A stretch of DNA of 64,000 nt, from assembly GCA_965223155.1 (NCBI GenBank), contig CBDCVR010000013.1:608001-672000 (forward strand). The letters run 5' to 3'. The notes beneath the pieces were generated by a model. It saw only the letters and a list, made by a program, of their open reading frames with translations, was not told where the DNA came from and ran no database searches. The translations under genes were made by a program, and so were the position numbers. This DNA is from Candidatus Multivoradales bacterium. Lineage in GTDB: Bacteria > Acidobacteriota > Thermoanaerobaculia > Multivoradales > JAHEKO01. The stretch's first letter is position 1. Each line of letters begins with the position of its first letter. Shown piece after piece: positions 47,584-59,647 of the stretch.

Positions 47584-49191
47584 CTATTCCCATTCGATGG
47601 TGCCCGGCGGCTTGCTGGTCACGTCGTAGACCACTCGGTTTACCCCGGGTACCTCGTTGACGATGCGGTTCGCTACCCGCCCCAGGAGCTCGTGCGGCAG
47701 GTGGCTCCAATCCGCCGTCATGAAATCCTCGGTCCCGACCGACCGAAGAGCGACGACGTTCTCGTAGGTCCGGTTATCCCCCATGACGCCCACGCTCTTG
47801 ACCGGCAGCAGCACCGCGAAAGCCTGACTGACCTGGTCGTAGAGCTCCGCGGCTCGGAGCTCATCCAGGAAAATGGCGTCCGCCCGCTGCAGGGTGGCGA
47901 CGCGCTCGCGCGTCACTTCGCCCAGCACCCGTACCGCCAAGCCCGGACCCGGAAAGGGGTGGCGGCCGATCAGCTCGTCCGGGAGACCCAGTTCCCGCCC
48001 GAGCTGCCGCACCTCGTCCTTGAACAGGGTCCGCAACGGCTCGACCAGCTCGAAGCCTAGCCGCTCGGGGAGACCGCCGACGTTATGGTGGGTCTTGATC
48101 ACGGACGAAGGTCCTTTGACGGCTTCGGACTCGATGACGTCGGGATAGAGCGTGCCCTGCGCCAGGAAGGCGACCTCCTCGAGCTTGGCCGCTTCCGCTT
48201 CGAAGACCTCGATGAAGACGCGGCCGACGATCCTGCGCTTCTCCTCCGGATCGGAGACTCCGGCGAGGGCGTCCAGGAAACGATCGGCGGCGTCCACGAC
48301 CACCACGTCGATCCCCAGGCCGCCCACCAGACTTTTCTCGACCTGGTCGCGCTCGCCCAGGCGCAGCAACCCGGTATCGACGAACACCGCGGTCAGGCGA
48401 TCCTCCACGGCCCGGCGTAGGAGGGCCGCCACGACCGACGAATCCACCCCGCCCGAGATGCCGCAGAGCACCCGCCCGTCCCCGACCCGCTCGCGCGCCT
48501 CCTGGATGGCCTCCTCCCCGTACGAAGACATGCGCCAGTCGCCGCCTGCTCCGCAGATGCCATACGCGAAGTTCCGCAGCATCTCGGTGCCCGCCGGAGT
48601 GTGGGAGACCTCGGGATGAAACTGAACCCCATAGATGCGCCGCTCCGAGTCTTCGAAGCCGACGATGGGTGCGTTCTGGGTGGCCGCGATGGCCTCGAAC
48701 CCGTCCGGCAGGCGAACCACCCGGTCGGCGTGGCTCATCCACACCACCTGCCGGTCGGCGATCCCTTCGAACAGGGCGCTTGCCCCGCCGACCTCGACCT
48801 CGGCGCGGCCGTACTCCCTGCGGCCGGCGGCTTCCACCCCGCCGCCGAGCTGGGCCGCGATCAACTGAAGCCCGTAACAGATCCCCAGAACCGGCACGCC
48901 CAGATCGAAGAGGGCCGGATCCATGGCGTGGGCATCGGTGTCGTAGACCGACTGCGGGCCTCCCGACAGGATGATCCCAATGGGCTCCAGCTCCCGGGCC
49001 TCGTCCGCCGAGGATCCGCAGCCGTGAACTTCCGAGTAGACGCCGATCTCCCGCAGGCGACGGGCGATGAGCTGCGTGTACTGGCTACCGAAGTCCAGCA
49101 CCAGGATTGTCTGATGCCCCCCCTGTCGCCCCGGCCGCCCGCCGGCTTCGTCGATGCCAGCGGTATCGACCGCTCCTAGCGTTCCGCTCAT
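47584..49191 (-). CDS. guaA: GMP synthase (glutamine-hydrolysing)
   Basis: [50 protein letters not shown]. Confidence 0.98.
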   Translation of the reverse strand: MSGTLGAVDTAGIDEAGGRPGRQGGHQTILVLDFGSQYTQLIARRLREIGVYSEVHGCGSSADEARELEPIGIILSGGPQSVYDTDAHAMDPALFDLGVPVLGICYGLQLIAAQLGGGVEAAGRREYGRAEVEVGGASALFEGIADRQVVWMSHADRVVRLPDGFEAIAATQNAPIVGFEDSERRIYGVQFHPEVSHTPAGTEMLRNFAYGICGAGGDWRMSSYGEEAIQEARERVGDGRVLCGISGGVDSSVVAALLRRAVEDRLTAVFVDTGLLRLGERDQVEKSLVGGLGIDVVVVDAADRFLDALAGVSDPEEKRRIVGRVFIEVFEAEAAKLEEVAFLAQGTLYPDVIESEAVKGPSSVIKTHHNVGGLPERLGFELVEPLRTLFKDEVRQLGRELGLPDELIGRHPFPGPGLAVRVLGEVTRERVATLQRADAIFLDELRAAELYDQVSQAFAVLLPVKSVGVMGDNRTYENVVALRSVGTEDFMTADWSHLPHELLGRVANRIVNEVPGVNRVVYDVTSKPPGTIEWE

Positions 49192-50216
49192 AGCTCGTGC
49201 TCAGCCTTTCGCTCCCGGGCCATCAACTCGCGCAACGCCTCCGGCGGCGTCACCCCGTCGTACAGAACCCGCCGCATCTGCTCGATGATCGGCATCTCGA
49301 TCCCCAGCTTCTCCGCCAACCGGGTCAGCGAGACCGAGTTCCGGATGCCTTCGGCCACCATGATCGACTCGGCCTCGATCTCGGCCAGGGTCTTGCCCGC
49401 CGCCAGGTCCATTCCGGTCTGGCGATTCCGCGACAGCCCGCCGGTACAGGTCAGGACCAGATCGCCCAGGCCCGCCAGTCCGCGCGGCGTCTCCGGCTGG
49501 CCGCCGCAGGCCATGCTGAGCCGAGTGATCTCGTGCAGGCCGCGGGTGATGAGAGCCGCCAGCGTGTTGTGGCCGAGGCCCAGGCCGCTGACCACCCCCG
49601 CCGCCACCGCGATCGGGTTCTTGGCCGCGCCACAGAGCTCGACGCCGACGACGTCGGTGGACGAGTAAATCCGGAAGCTGGGAGTTGCCAGCCGCTCCCG
49701 CAGCCGCCGCGCCAGCTCGGCGTCGCTCGACGCCACTACCGCCGCGCTCGGCACATCGCGGGCCAGCTCGGCCGCGAAGGTCGGTCCGGACAGCACGGCG
49801 AAGCCGAACGACGGGATCGTCCCTCCCGCCTCCTCTGCCGCCACCTCGCTCATCCGGGCGGTAGTCTCGGTCTCGACGCCCTTGGCCGCCGAGATCACGA
49901 CGAGGGGTCGGGAGGGCTCACGTAGGGCAATCAGCGACCGCAACGCCTGGCGGAACCCGTGCGAGGGGATCGCCACGATCGCGGTCTCGACCTCGGCCAG
50001 CTCGGAGAGATCGGTCGTGGGGCGAAGACGATCCGGCAGGGCGACCCCGGGCAGGTAGCGCCGGTTTTCGCGCTCCCGAACGAGGAACTCCACGGCCTCG
50101 GCGTCCCGCCCCCACAACAGCACGTCGCCCTCGCGCTCGGCCGCCGCCGCGAAGTGCGCGGCCAGGGCGGTGCCCCAGGAACCGGCGCCCAGCACCGCCA
50201 GGCCGGCCGAGCTCAC
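49188..50216 (-). CDS. gpsA: NAD(P)H-dependent glycerol-3-phosphate dehydrogenase
   Basis: [38 protein letters not shown]. Confidence 0.96.
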   Translation of the reverse strand: MSSAGLAVLGAGSWGTALAAHFAAAAEREGDVLLWGRDAEAVEFLVRERENRRYLPGVALPDRLRPTTDLSELAEVETAIVAIPSHGFRQALRSLIALREPSRPLVVISAAKGVETETTARMSEVAAEEAGGTIPSFGFAVLSGPTFAAELARDVPSAAVVASSDAELARRLRERLATPSFRIYSSTDVVGVELCGAAKNPIAVAAGVVSGLGLGHNTLAALITRGLHEITRLSMACGGQPETPRGLAGLGDLVLTCTGGLSRNRQTGMDLAAGKTLAEIEAESIMVAEGIRNSVSLTRLAEKLGIEMPIIEQMRRVLYDGVTPPEALRELMARERKAEHEL

Positions 50217-50827
50217 GCCGCCCCACCCCTTCCGAGCCGAGCTTCCCGTCCCGCCAGCAAGCGAGCCAGATTCGAGCGATGGCGGACAACGACCAGGAGC
50301 GCGATCGCCACCGCCGCCGTCAGGCCGGCTTGGTCGGGTTCGTAGCCCCGCCAGCGGTCACTCAAGATCCAGAAGACCGGCACGCTCAAAACCGCCGCGA
50401 TCGAGCCCATCGAGACGTACCGGGTCGCAAGCACGACCACAAGGAAGACTCCCACCGCGCCCAGGACCGCCAGCGGGTGCAAAGCACCGAGAGCGCCTAC
50501 CGCGGTTGCCACGCCCTTGCCTCCCTGAAAGGTCAGAAACGGCGAGGTGACGTGGCCGAGGACCGCCGCCACCGCTACGCCGGCCACGATTGCCTCATCC
50601 AGAGGGATCCAGCGCGCCAGCCACACCGGCACGTAGCCTTTGGCAACGTCCAGCGCGAGACCGGCCAGGGCCAATGCCGGGCCGGCAGTGCGCAGGGCGT
50701 TGGTCGCTCCCGGGTTCCCGCTTCCCACCAGCCGCAGGTCGCGCCCCGTGCGAGAGCGAACGATCCAGAAGCTGAACGGAATCGCGCCAAGCAGATACGC
50801 CGCGCCTATCGCCAGATAAGGAGTCAT
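50213..50827 (-). CDS. plsY: Glycerol-3-phosphate acyltransferase PlsY
   Basis: GSGNPGATNALR, DVAKG, GH..F.GGKGVAT, RHRSNLARL; start ATG 50827. Confidence 0.94.
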   Translation of the reverse strand: MTPYLAIGAAYLLGAIPFSFWIVRSRTGRDLRLVGSGNPGATNALRTAGPALALAGLALDVAKGYVPVWLARWIPLDEAIVAGVAVAAVLGHVTSPFLTFQGGKGVATAVGALGALHPLAVLGAVGVFLVVVLATRYVSMGSIAAVLSVPVFWILSDRWRGYEPDQAGLTAAVAIALLVVVRHRSNLARLLAGREARLGRGGAA

Positions 50828-50943
50828 GTGGAGCCGGATCGAGCCTGGATCGCCTGGACGGCAGAGCGCGCCCCGTTCGAGCCGCGCCACGTTGACGATA
50901 GCAGAGTGCCGTACGCGGGCGGAGACGCCATCGAGGCCCGATG

Positions 50944-52200
50944 CTACCCCTCCGCGCCTGCGGCCAGCGTCCGGCGCAGCAGATCCAGGGCTCGAATCGC
51001 GGTCAGCGTGCGGACGCGCTCGCGGTCTCCGGGAAGCCACATCTTGCGGTGGCGAGTCTGGCCCTCGCCGGGCCCGGCCAGGGCCAGGTGTACGGTTCCC
51101 ACGGGTTTAGGCTCCGTACCCCCTCCCGGGCCGGCGATGCCGGTGACGGCAAGCCCGAAGTCGGCCCCGAGCCGATCGCGGGCGCCTCGAGCCATGGCCA
51201 GGGCCACCTCCTCGCTCACCGCCCCGTGCTCGCCCAGGAGCGCTTCCGAAACGCCCAGCATGCGCTCTTTCAACTCGTTCGAATAGGTCACGGCCGCACC
51301 TAGAAAGTAGGCGCTGCTCCCGGCGACGGCGGTGAGCCTGCGCGCGATGCCGCCCCCGGTGCAGGACTCGGCGGTGACCAGTGTCCGGCCGGCGGCAAGC
51401 AGGAGGCGAGCCACCTCCTCTTCGAGCGTGACCGCCTCGTCCCGGGCGTAGACATAGCCGCCGACCGCCTCGTCCAGAGCTTCGAGGCGCGGACCGAACC
51501 AGGCATCCAGCGTGCCCGCCTCCCCGATCCGAGTCAGACGCACGGTGATGAGACCCGGTGACGGCAGGATCGAAAGTCCTTCCTTGCCGAAGCTCTCGTA
51601 GTAGCCGGCCAGACGGTCCTCGATCTCGGACTCGGGAACCGAAGCCAGCTTCAAACTCCGGCGCTCGAGGCGAACATCACCCGCCCGCTCCGCCAGCCAG
51701 GGCTCGAGCGAGCTTTCGATCAGGCCTTCGAGCTCGTGCGGAACGCCGGGAAACAAGAACACGGCCTTGGCGGCATCGGCCTCGACCCTAAGTCCCGGAG
51801 CGGTTCCCCTGGGATTGGTCAGAACCGTCGCGCCTTCGATGACGTCGCCCTGCTTTTCGTTCGACGCCGGCATGTCGAGACCGAACTTGGCGAAGCGACG
51901 GCACAGATCCTCCACGATCTCCGGGTCCCGAATCAGCGGGCGTCCCAGGACGCGGGCCACCACTTCCCGGGTCAGGTCGTCCTGCGTCGGGCCAAGCCCG
52001 CCGGTCAGAATTAAGAGGTCCTCGTCGGCCAGGGCGCGCCTGATCTCACGGGCCAACTCGTCTTCGACATCGCCGACCAGGACCTTGCGCTGCACCGCCA
52101 CGCCGTAGCGTCCGAGCGCGCCGGCCAGGCGCAAGGAGTTGGTGTCGGCCCGATCCGCTCCCAAGAGCTCGGAGCCCACCGCAAGAATCACCGCACGCAT
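50944..52200 (-). CDS. cinA: CinA competence/damage-inducible protein (MoCF domain + NMN deamidase)
   Basis: AVGSELL, DTN, GGLGPTQDD, GTAPG, AESCTGG, GAVS, TGIAGPGG; -10 TATCAT 7 nt before ATG 52200. Confidence 0.93.
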   Translation of the reverse strand: MRAVILAVGSELLGADRADTNSLRLAGALGRYGVAVQRKVLVGDVEDELAREIRRALADEDLLILTGGLGPTQDDLTREVVARVLGRPLIRDPEIVEDLCRRFAKFGLDMPASNEKQGDVIEGATVLTNPRGTAPGLRVEADAAKAVFLFPGVPHELEGLIESSLEPWLAERAGDVRLERRSLKLASVPESEIEDRLAGYYESFGKEGLSILPSPGLITVRLTRIGEAGTLDAWFGPRLEALDEAVGGYVYARDEAVTLEEEVARLLLAAGRTLVTAESCTGGGIARRLTAVAGSSAYFLGAAVTYSNELKERMLGVSEALLGEHGAVSEEVALAMARGARDRLGADFGLAVTGIAGPGGGTEPKPVGTVHLALAGPGEGQTRHRKMWLPGDRERVRTLTAIRALDLLRRTLAAGAEG

Positions 52201-52318
52201 CCTCGCGATGATACCGCCCTGGCTCGGATCCGGGCGGCGCCCGCAGCCACCCGGCAAGGCGTTCGCGCGCTCCGCGTTGACTCCATCCCGGCACCCGCAT
52301 AGGATCCCTCGGAGCGCC

Positions 52319-53509
52319 ATGAACAGCCCTGGAAACTTCCTTCGTTCGGCCGCTCTCCTGGTGCTTTTTTGCGGCACTGGCGCGACCCTCGCTGCCACCG
52401 CCGAAGGTCCGGACGGCGAGGGCCGCGGCACGAGCGGCCGGATATCGGCGGCGGTGGCGGCACCGGTGGACGTCGTCCAGCCCGCGGTTTCCGAGCGCGG
52501 CCTGCTGCTCCTGGCCAAGCCGGGCTGGGCTCGCCTCCGACAAGGACGGCGCAGCCGGCCGGTGGCCGTTGGGGCCGGCGACCACCTCACCCAGCTCGTC
52601 GAGCTCGGCCACGGCTGGGCCGCCGCGGGAGTCACCCGGGATGAAGCCGGGAGCTCGGTGTTCGCGGTTCGGGGCGCCGGCAAGTCGATCGAGCGCCTGC
52701 CCACGCTTGGCCGCTCCGCGGCCGTGCAGCTCCGGCCCGTCCTGCTCGAAGCCGCCGGCGAGCTGGTTGGAGCCGCCTGGCTCGAAGGCCCGACGCCGCG
52801 ATCCATGGCGGTCCGCTACCGGCCTTGGAACGGCCTCGACTGGGGCCCAACCGAAACCGTCGCAGGACCTGGCCCGGGCAGCCAGACGGCTCTTGCCGGC
52901 GTCGCGCCTGCTTCAAGAGGCCCGCTCCTGGTCTGGAGCCGGTTCGACGGGCAGGACGACGAAATCTTCTGGTCGCGCCGTAGCCAATCCAACCAGTCGG
53001 TGAGCCAGTCGGGTTGGAGCCGGCCCGCCCGGGTCGCGCCTGACAACGCGACACCGGACGTAACGCCGGCCTTGACCCGGGTGGGTTCCCGGGTCGTTCT
53101 GGCCTGGAGCCGGTTCCAAGAAGGACGGTTCCAGGTCGTGACCAGCGCCCTCGACGGCGACAGCTGGCAAAGCGCCCGCGCCGTGAGCCGCTCGGGCGGC
53201 CTCTTCCCGACCCTGGTCACCCAGGGCGCCAGCGCGCGGCTCCTCTACCGCAGCCCGGTCCCGCGCGGCTGGGGCCTGGTCGAATGGCGCGAACGAGACA
53301 ACCAGCTTGCCCCGGCGCGCCGGGGCCTGGTCCTGGCCCGGAACGCTAGCAACCGGGAGGGCACTCCCGCCGTGGTCGCCTCGCGACGCGGCCGCACGTC
53401 TCTGGTCTGGGCGGCCACCCGAGCCGGCAAGAATCCTGCGGCCGGTTCGAAGCGCGCCGGACGCGTTCGGCTTTCCCGGCGAACGGTCGCCTGGAGACCG
53501 GCGGAGTGA
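52319..53509 (+). CDS. Hypothetical exported protein (beta-propeller-like repeats)
   Basis: Signal peptide; recurring LVWSRF...W / LAWSRF...W motifs; GTGA overlap with the next gene. Confidence 0.65.
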   Translation: MNSPGNFLRSAALLVLFCGTGATLAATAEGPDGEGRGTSGRISAAVAAPVDVVQPAVSERGLLLLAKPGWARLRQGRRSRPVAVGAGDHLTQLVELGHGWAAAGVTRDEAGSSVFAVRGAGKSIERLPTLGRSAAVQLRPVLLEAAGELVGAAWLEGPTPRSMAVRYRPWNGLDWGPTETVAGPGPGSQTALAGVAPASRGPLLVWSRFDGQDDEIFWSRRSQSNQSVSQSGWSRPARVAPDNATPDVTPALTRVGSRVVLAWSRFQEGRFQVVTSALDGDSWQSARAVSRSGGLFPTLVTQGASARLLYRSPVPRGWGLVEWRERDNQLAPARRGLVLARNASNREGTPAVVASRRGRTSLVWAATRAGKNPAAGSKRAGRVRLSRRTVAWRPAE

Positions 53510-54708
53510 TCGGAGCCGGCCCAGCGCGACTCGGCCTGCCACGGCGGGCGGGTCTCTGGGCGGCGGGCGCCGCCGCCTGCTTCGTCCTGGCCGCCCCGGC
53601 GGCGGCCATCGACGTCCTGGCGATGGGCGACTCGATGACCGCCGGTATCGGGGACCCCAGCGGCCGCGGCTACCCGCAGAAGCTTCAGCGCAAGCTCAAC
53701 CAGCGGGGAGAGTCCTCCACGGTCCGCAAGTTCGGCATTCCAGGCGAGACCACGCTCGAGGCCGTTAGCCGGGTCGATTCCGTCCTCGCGACCGGCGGCG
53801 ACGTTCTTCTCTTCATGGAAGGCACCAACGACATCAACCTCATCGACCAGGGCCTCTTGTCCTTCGAGACCGTCTTCGACAGCATCAGCACGGTAGTCTC
53901 GAAGGCCAAACAAGCCGGTGTCGAGCCGGTTCTAGCCACCACCGTTCCCCGCAGCACCAAGGCGCAGCGCGATCGCCAGAACATCCTGACCCGCTTCCTG
54001 GCCGGAGAGATTCGCGAGCTGGCCCACAAGCGCAGCGTCCGGCTGGCTGACCCGTTCGAGATCTTCGATCCGGCTCTGCACCCCAACTTCGTTAGCGAGT
54101 ACTACGACATCGATCCCAGCGATCCGGTCGGGCACCTCGACGAGGTCGGCTACGACAAGCTGGCCGATCACTTCGCCGACGTCCTGACCGAGACCGATCT
54201 CTTGCCCCCGGTGCTCGGCAACTTCGATCCGGGCCCGATCGTGACCGAGATCTCTCCAAACGAGACGATCCGGATTCCGGTCTACGAGCCCGAGGGCTCT
54301 TCGGGCATCGCTTTCGCCGAGACCCAGCTCAAGATCAACGGCCGCGTTGTTGCCGACGGCGATTCCAGCTCCGGCGGCCAGCGCCGCATCGAGCTCGAAC
54401 ACCAGGGACAGAAAGCACTGGGCTGCCAGGCCGTGCTGCTGGTCGTGACCGAGGACCGCGCCGACCCTCCCAACCGTTCTGAGCGCATCCTCGCCAACTA
54501 CCGCATCCAGGGCCGCCGCATCATCGACGGCGACGTCGATTTCGACTGCCGAGTTGACGGCTTCGACCTGATCTCGTTCGCCCTGCGTTTCGGTGCCAAG
54601 TCCAACAGCGAGCGCTACAACATCCTGTTCGACTTCAACCGCGACGGCATCGTGGACGGCGAGGACCTCTCGGTCCTGGCTTCGAACTTCGGGAAGTCCA
54701 GCATCTAG
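53506..54708 (+). CDS. Exported SGNH/GDSL hydrolase with C-terminal dockerin-like domain
   Basis: GDSMT, GIPGETT, EGTND, DPVGHL; duplicated Ca-loop repeats GDVDFDCRVDGFDL and FDFNRDGIVDGEDL. Confidence 0.85.
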   Translation: MIGAGPARLGLPRRAGLWAAGAAACFVLAAPAAAIDVLAMGDSMTAGIGDPSGRGYPQKLQRKLNQRGESSTVRKFGIPGETTLEAVSRVDSVLATGGDVLLFMEGTNDINLIDQGLLSFETVFDSISTVVSKAKQAGVEPVLATTVPRSTKAQRDRQNILTRFLAGEIRELAHKRSVRLADPFEIFDPALHPNFVSEYYDIDPSDPVGHLDEVGYDKLADHFADVLTETDLLPPVLGNFDPGPIVTEISPNETIRIPVYEPEGSSGIAFAETQLKINGRVVADGDSSSGGQRRIELEHQGQKALGCQAVLLVVTEDRADPPNRSERILANYRIQGRRIIDGDVDFDCRVDGFDLISFALRFGAKSNSERYNILFDFNRDGIVDGEDLSVLASNFGKSSI

Positions 54709-54853
54709 GCGAACCCCGCGGTCGCGCCGAGCGCTCGGTCAAGAACTCGGCCTGACTGACGCCCGGGCAGACGCTCCGAGACGTTGCCAGCCAGGTCCGA
54801 TCCGGCCCGAGTCTCTCGCCGGCGCTGGCGGCCGGGTTGCTGGCACGCTCCGG

Positions 54854-56143
<1,290 letters not shown>

Positions 56144-56172
56144 GATCCGCTCCTCCCCACCGCGGCCCCTCC

Positions 56173-56886
56173 CTAGAGCTGTTCCAGCCGCTGACGGGCC
56201 TCGGACGCGTACCCGGATTCCTGGTGCTCGTCCACGATCTGCTGATAGACACCCCGTGCTTCGTCGGACTTACCCGCCATCTCCAGCGATCGGGCCAGCT
56301 CGTACAGGGTCACGTCCGTGGGCAGGCTCGTCTGCGGGTCGGCCAGCTCGGAGCGCAGCTCCTCGGCGACCGCCTCACCTTCTCCCTGAACCCGCCGAAG
56401 CTCCAGGAGGTTGACCCTAGCCCGCTGGCCGACCAGGGTGTCGGGGGCCTCCTCGGCCACCTGACGCCAGTATTCGGCGGCGGCTTGGATCTCCCCCGCT
56501 TCGGCGCTCAGATCCCCGAGGTGTGCCGCCGCGACCGCGGCCAGCCCACCGCCATGCCCGTCCAGAACCTCCTCGAAAGCGGCGATGGCGCGCTCGCGCC
56601 GGCTCGCCGCGTCGGCGAAGGAAGGCGCCGCGTCGTTGTCCGGATCGGGGTTCTCGACGTCGATCGGAGCGGCGACGACGGTCAGGGCCCGGGCCAGAAG
56701 CTCGTTCCCCTTCTTGGCCTTGCCGCTCCGCCAGGCCTGCAACCCGGCGAAGACCACGACCGCCACGATCAGGGCGACGGCGGCCAGGGCCAGGGTCCTG
56801 GCGTGTTCTTCGACGTAGGAAACGAGGCTGCGGGCGGTTTCCGCGACCTCGTCGCGTTTCATGGATTTTCGTGACAGTCGGCTCAT
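56173..56886 (-). CDS. YfgM-like membrane-anchored TPR protein
   Basis: Basic N-terminus RKSMKRDE, one TM, helical TPR-like soluble domain. Confidence 0.75.
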   Translation of the reverse strand: MSRLSRKSMKRDEVAETARSLVSYVEEHARTLALAAVALIVAVVVFAGLQAWRSGKAKKGNELLARALTVVAAPIDVENPDPDNDAAPSFADAASRRERAIAAFEEVLDGHGGGLAAVAAAHLGDLSAEAGEIQAAAEYWRQVAEEAPDTLVGQRARVNLLELRRVQGEGEAVAEELRSELADPQTSLPTDVTLYELARSLEMAGKSDEARGVYQQIVDEHQESGYASEARQRLEQL

Positions 56887-56923
56887 GGTGTCTTGGTATG
56901 AGTTGGCGTTGGAGGGCGATCCT

Positions 56924-57000
56924 TGGTGCGGCTGGGAGGACTCGAACCCCCGACCTAGAGCTTAGGAAGCTCCCGCTCTATCCAGCTGAGCTACAGCCGC
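56924..57000 (-). tRNA. tRNA-Arg (anticodon CCT)
   Basis: GCGGCTGTAGCTCAGCTGGATAGAGC-GGGAGC-TT-CCT-AA-GCTCT-AGGTC-GGGGGTTCGAGTCCTCC-CAGCCGCACCA; 77 nt with encoded CCA; TATAAT upstream. Confidence 0.96.
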
Positions 57001-57031
57001 TCGCACAAGGGCCGGATTATATGGGACCCGA

Positions 57032-57544
57032 TCAGTACGTGATGAGGGATTCCACCGAATGCCCGGCGAGCAGCTCGCGGCCGTTCAGGAAGCTGAGCTC
57101 GATGATGAAGCCCAGCCCGACCACCTCCCCGCCCTGGGCCTCGACGAGATCGGCGGTGGCCCGAGCGGTACCGCCCGTGGCAAGCAGATCGTCCACGATC
57201 AGGACCCGGTCGCCTTCGCGCACCGCGTCCCGGTGCATCTCCACCCGGTCCGACCCGTACTCCAGGTCGTAGGACTTGCCCACCGTCTCCGCCGGCAGCT
57301 TGCCGGGCTTGCGCACCGGGATGAAGCCGGCGTTCAGGTTGTAGGCCACGATGGGACCGAACATGAAGCCGCGGGACTCGATGCCCACGACCTGGTCGAC
57401 GTGGTTCTCGAACAGCCACACGAACCGATCGACGGTCATGCGCAGCGCCAGCGGATCCTTGAGCAGAGTCGAGATGTCGTAAAAGAGGATGCCTTCCTTG
57501 GGGAAGCCGGGCACCTCGCGGATGTATTTCTTGAGATCTTCCAT
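57032..57544 (-). CDS. apt: Adenine phosphoribosyltransferase
   Basis: [36 protein letters not shown]. Confidence 0.97.
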   Translation of the reverse strand: MEDLKKYIREVPGFPKEGILFYDISTLLKDPLALRMTVDRFVWLFENHVDQVVGIESRGFMFGPIVAYNLNAGFIPVRKPGKLPAETVGKSYDLEYGSDRVEMHRDAVREGDRVLIVDDLLATGGTARATADLVEAQGGEVVGLGFIIELSFLNGRELLAGHSVESLITY

Positions 57545-57579
57545 AACGTTGGGAACTCCTGATGCGTCGAGCCGCGGTC

Positions 57580-58227
57580 CTACTCTCCGGCGGCCGGATC
57601 GGACAGCTCGCTACCGGCGCCGGCATCGGGCTCGGAGCGCGCGGCGGCGCGGGCCTTGCGGCCGACGAACCAGAATCCGGCCGCGAGAAGGATAACAAAG
57701 GCCACGGTCAGCCAGCCCAAGTGCTTCTCGATAAAGAGCTTGGCCGAGTCGCCCAGCCACATGACAAGGGCCGAGACCGCCATGAAACGCAGCGTCCGGG
57801 ACAGGATCGACGCCAGCAAGAAAATCTTGAAGTTGATCCCGAAGGCGCCGCCGCCAATGGTGAATACTTTGTACGGAATGGGCGTCAGCCCGGCGACGCC
57901 GGTCGCCCAGGCGTTGTACCGATCGTAGTAGGAGGCCACCTTGGCCACCAGTTCGGGCCGGAACATCCGGCGCAACAGAGGCCGCCCGCCGACCCAGCCC
58001 AGGCCGTACCCCGCCGCTCCGCCCAGCACCGAAGCCACGGAACAGACCAAGCCGAACCACAGCGCCCGGTCCGGCTGGGCGACGCAGAGGGCGATGAGCA
58101 GCGGATCGGGCGGAATCGGAAACACGCTGCTTTCCACCAGGGCAACGCCGAAAAGCGACCAAGAAGCGTACGGCGTTGCCGCCAGACCCTCGACCCAGTG
58201 AAAGAGCCAGCGCACGAAATCCAGCAC
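57580..58227 (-). CDS. YqaA/DedA family membrane protein
   Basis: [33 protein letters not shown]; GTG start at 58227 after AGAGGA. Confidence 0.88.
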   Translation of the reverse strand: MLDFVRWLFHWVEGLAATPYASWSLFGVALVESSVFPIPPDPLLIALCVAQPDRALWFGLVCSVASVLGGAAGYGLGWVGGRPLLRRMFRPELVAKVASYYDRYNAWATGVAGLTPIPYKVFTIGGGAFGINFKIFLLASILSRTLRFMAVSALVMWLGDSAKLFIEKHLGWLTVAFVILLAAGFWFVGRKARAAARSEPDAGAGSELSDPAAGE

Positions 58228-58229
58228 GT

Positions 58230-58886
58230 TCAGTCCTCTCTCCAACCGTGCCGGCCCACGAGCGGAACGAAGGCCACCGCGCCCGCCTCCCGGCTGCGGT
58301 AGCCACCCCCCTTGAGCTTGCGGCAGACCACCAGCCTCTGCTCGGCGCGGTCGCCCATGGGCAGCACCAGGAGGCCACCGTCCACGAGCTGATCGATGAG
58401 CGGCCCGGGCACCTCCGGCGCGCCCGCGGTCACCAGGATGCGATCGTAGGGCGCCGCCTCGCTCCAGCCCAACGAGCCATCCAGACTATGAATCTTGACG
58501 TTCTGAACCCCCAAGTCGCGCAGGCGGGCGATCGCCTGCCGGGCCAGCGACGGCACCCGTTCCAGGCTGTAGACCCAGCGCGCCAGGCGCGCCAGGATCG
58601 CCGTCTGGTAGCCCGAGCCGGTACCGATCTCGAGCACCGAGTGCTCGGGCCGGACGTCCAGGAGCTCGGTCATGCGCGCGACCACGTAGGGCTGGGAGAT
58701 GGTCTGCGCCGCCTCGGTGGGCAGGGCGAAATCAGCGTAAGCCTGGTTGCGAAGGTGCTCCCGGACGAACCGGTGCCGCGGAACCGCCGCCAGCGCCTCG
58801 AGCACCTTGGGATCGCTGGCCGCTCCGGCCGCCTCGAGCTGGCGCACCATGTTGCGCCGCTGATACTCGAACTCGCCGCCGATCAC
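58230..58886 (-). CDS. pcm: Protein-L-isoaspartate O-methyltransferase
   Basis: VPRHRF, QTISQP, LEIGTGSGYQ, APYDRILVTA, FVPLVG; GTGA overlap with surE. Confidence 0.95.
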   Translation of the reverse strand: MIGGEFEYQRRNMVRQLEAAGAASDPKVLEALAAVPRHRFVREHLRNQAYADFALPTEAAQTISQPYVVARMTELLDVRPEHSVLEIGTGSGYQTAILARLARWVYSLERVPSLARQAIARLRDLGVQNVKIHSLDGSLGWSEAAPYDRILVTAGAPEVPGPLIDQLVDGGLLVLPMGDRAEQRLVVCRKLKGGGYRSREAGAVAFVPLVGRHGWRED

Positions 58887-59647
58887 GACATGGCCTCGGC
58901 GATCTCGACCAGCTCGGGCTCCAGCCACTCCATCCGCCCCAGCCCCCGATAGTCGGTCAGATCCAGATGGAGGGGCGTGATCGAGATGAAGCCGTCCGAG
59001 ACCGCCTCGTGATCGGTCCCGGCGTCCCGTTGCCATTCGGGCGTGCCCGTGATCCAGAAATACCGCTTGCCGCGCGGATCCAGCTTCTCGACCACGGCCG
59101 GCTGATACACGCGGCGGCCGAGGCGAGTCAGCCGCACGCCGCGCATCGACCCCGCCGGCACGTTGACGTTGAGCAGCAGATCCTCGGGCAGTTCGTGCAC
59201 GAGCAGCTTCGCCACCAGCTTGCGGGCGAAATCCGCGGCTCCCTCGAAGGTAAAACCCTCGCCTACCTCCTGGCTGAAGGCCACCGACGGGATGCCCAGC
59301 AGGGTGCCCTCGAAGGTCGCCGACACGGTGCCCGAATAGGTCACATCGTCGCCGATGTTGAAGCCGAAGTTGATTCCGGACACCACCAAGTCCGGAGGTT
59401 CGTCCCGCATGAGCCACAACACACCCAGGTTGACGCAGTCGGTGGGCGTGCCGTCCACCGAAAAGACCCCCTCCTCGAGCCGCTGGAGGCGAAGCGGCCG
59501 GGTCAGCGTCAGGGCGTGCCCGGTGGCGCTCTGCTCGCGGTCGGGAGCCACCACGGTAACGTCCGCGATCTCGGCCAGGGACTTTCGGAGGAGATGCAGC
59601 CCCTCCGAGAAGACGCCGTCGTCGTTGGTGATCAGAATACGTTTCAC
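58883..59647 (-). CDS. surE: 5'/3'-nucleotidase SurE
   Basis: ILITNDDG, VVAPDREQS, GTPTDCV, SGIN, YSGTV, ISITPL. Confidence 0.96.
   Translation of the reverse strand: MKRILITNDDGVFSEGLHLLRKSLAEIADVTVVAPDREQSATGHALTLTRPLRLQRLEEGVFSVDGTPTDCVNLGVLWLMRDEPPDLVVSGINFGFNIGDDVTYSGTVSATFEGTLLGIPSVAFSQEVGEGFTFEGAADFARKLVAKLLVHELPEDLLLNVNVPAGSMRGVRLTRLGRRVYQPAVVEKLDPRGKRYFWITGTPEWQRDAGTDHEAVSDGFISITPLHLDLTDYRGLGRMEWLEPELVEIAEAMS

Noticed and set aside
56924-57000. tRNA as an island integration site
   Set aside because: Flanks are housekeeping genes; no integrase, duplicated tRNA 3' end or composition shift noticed.
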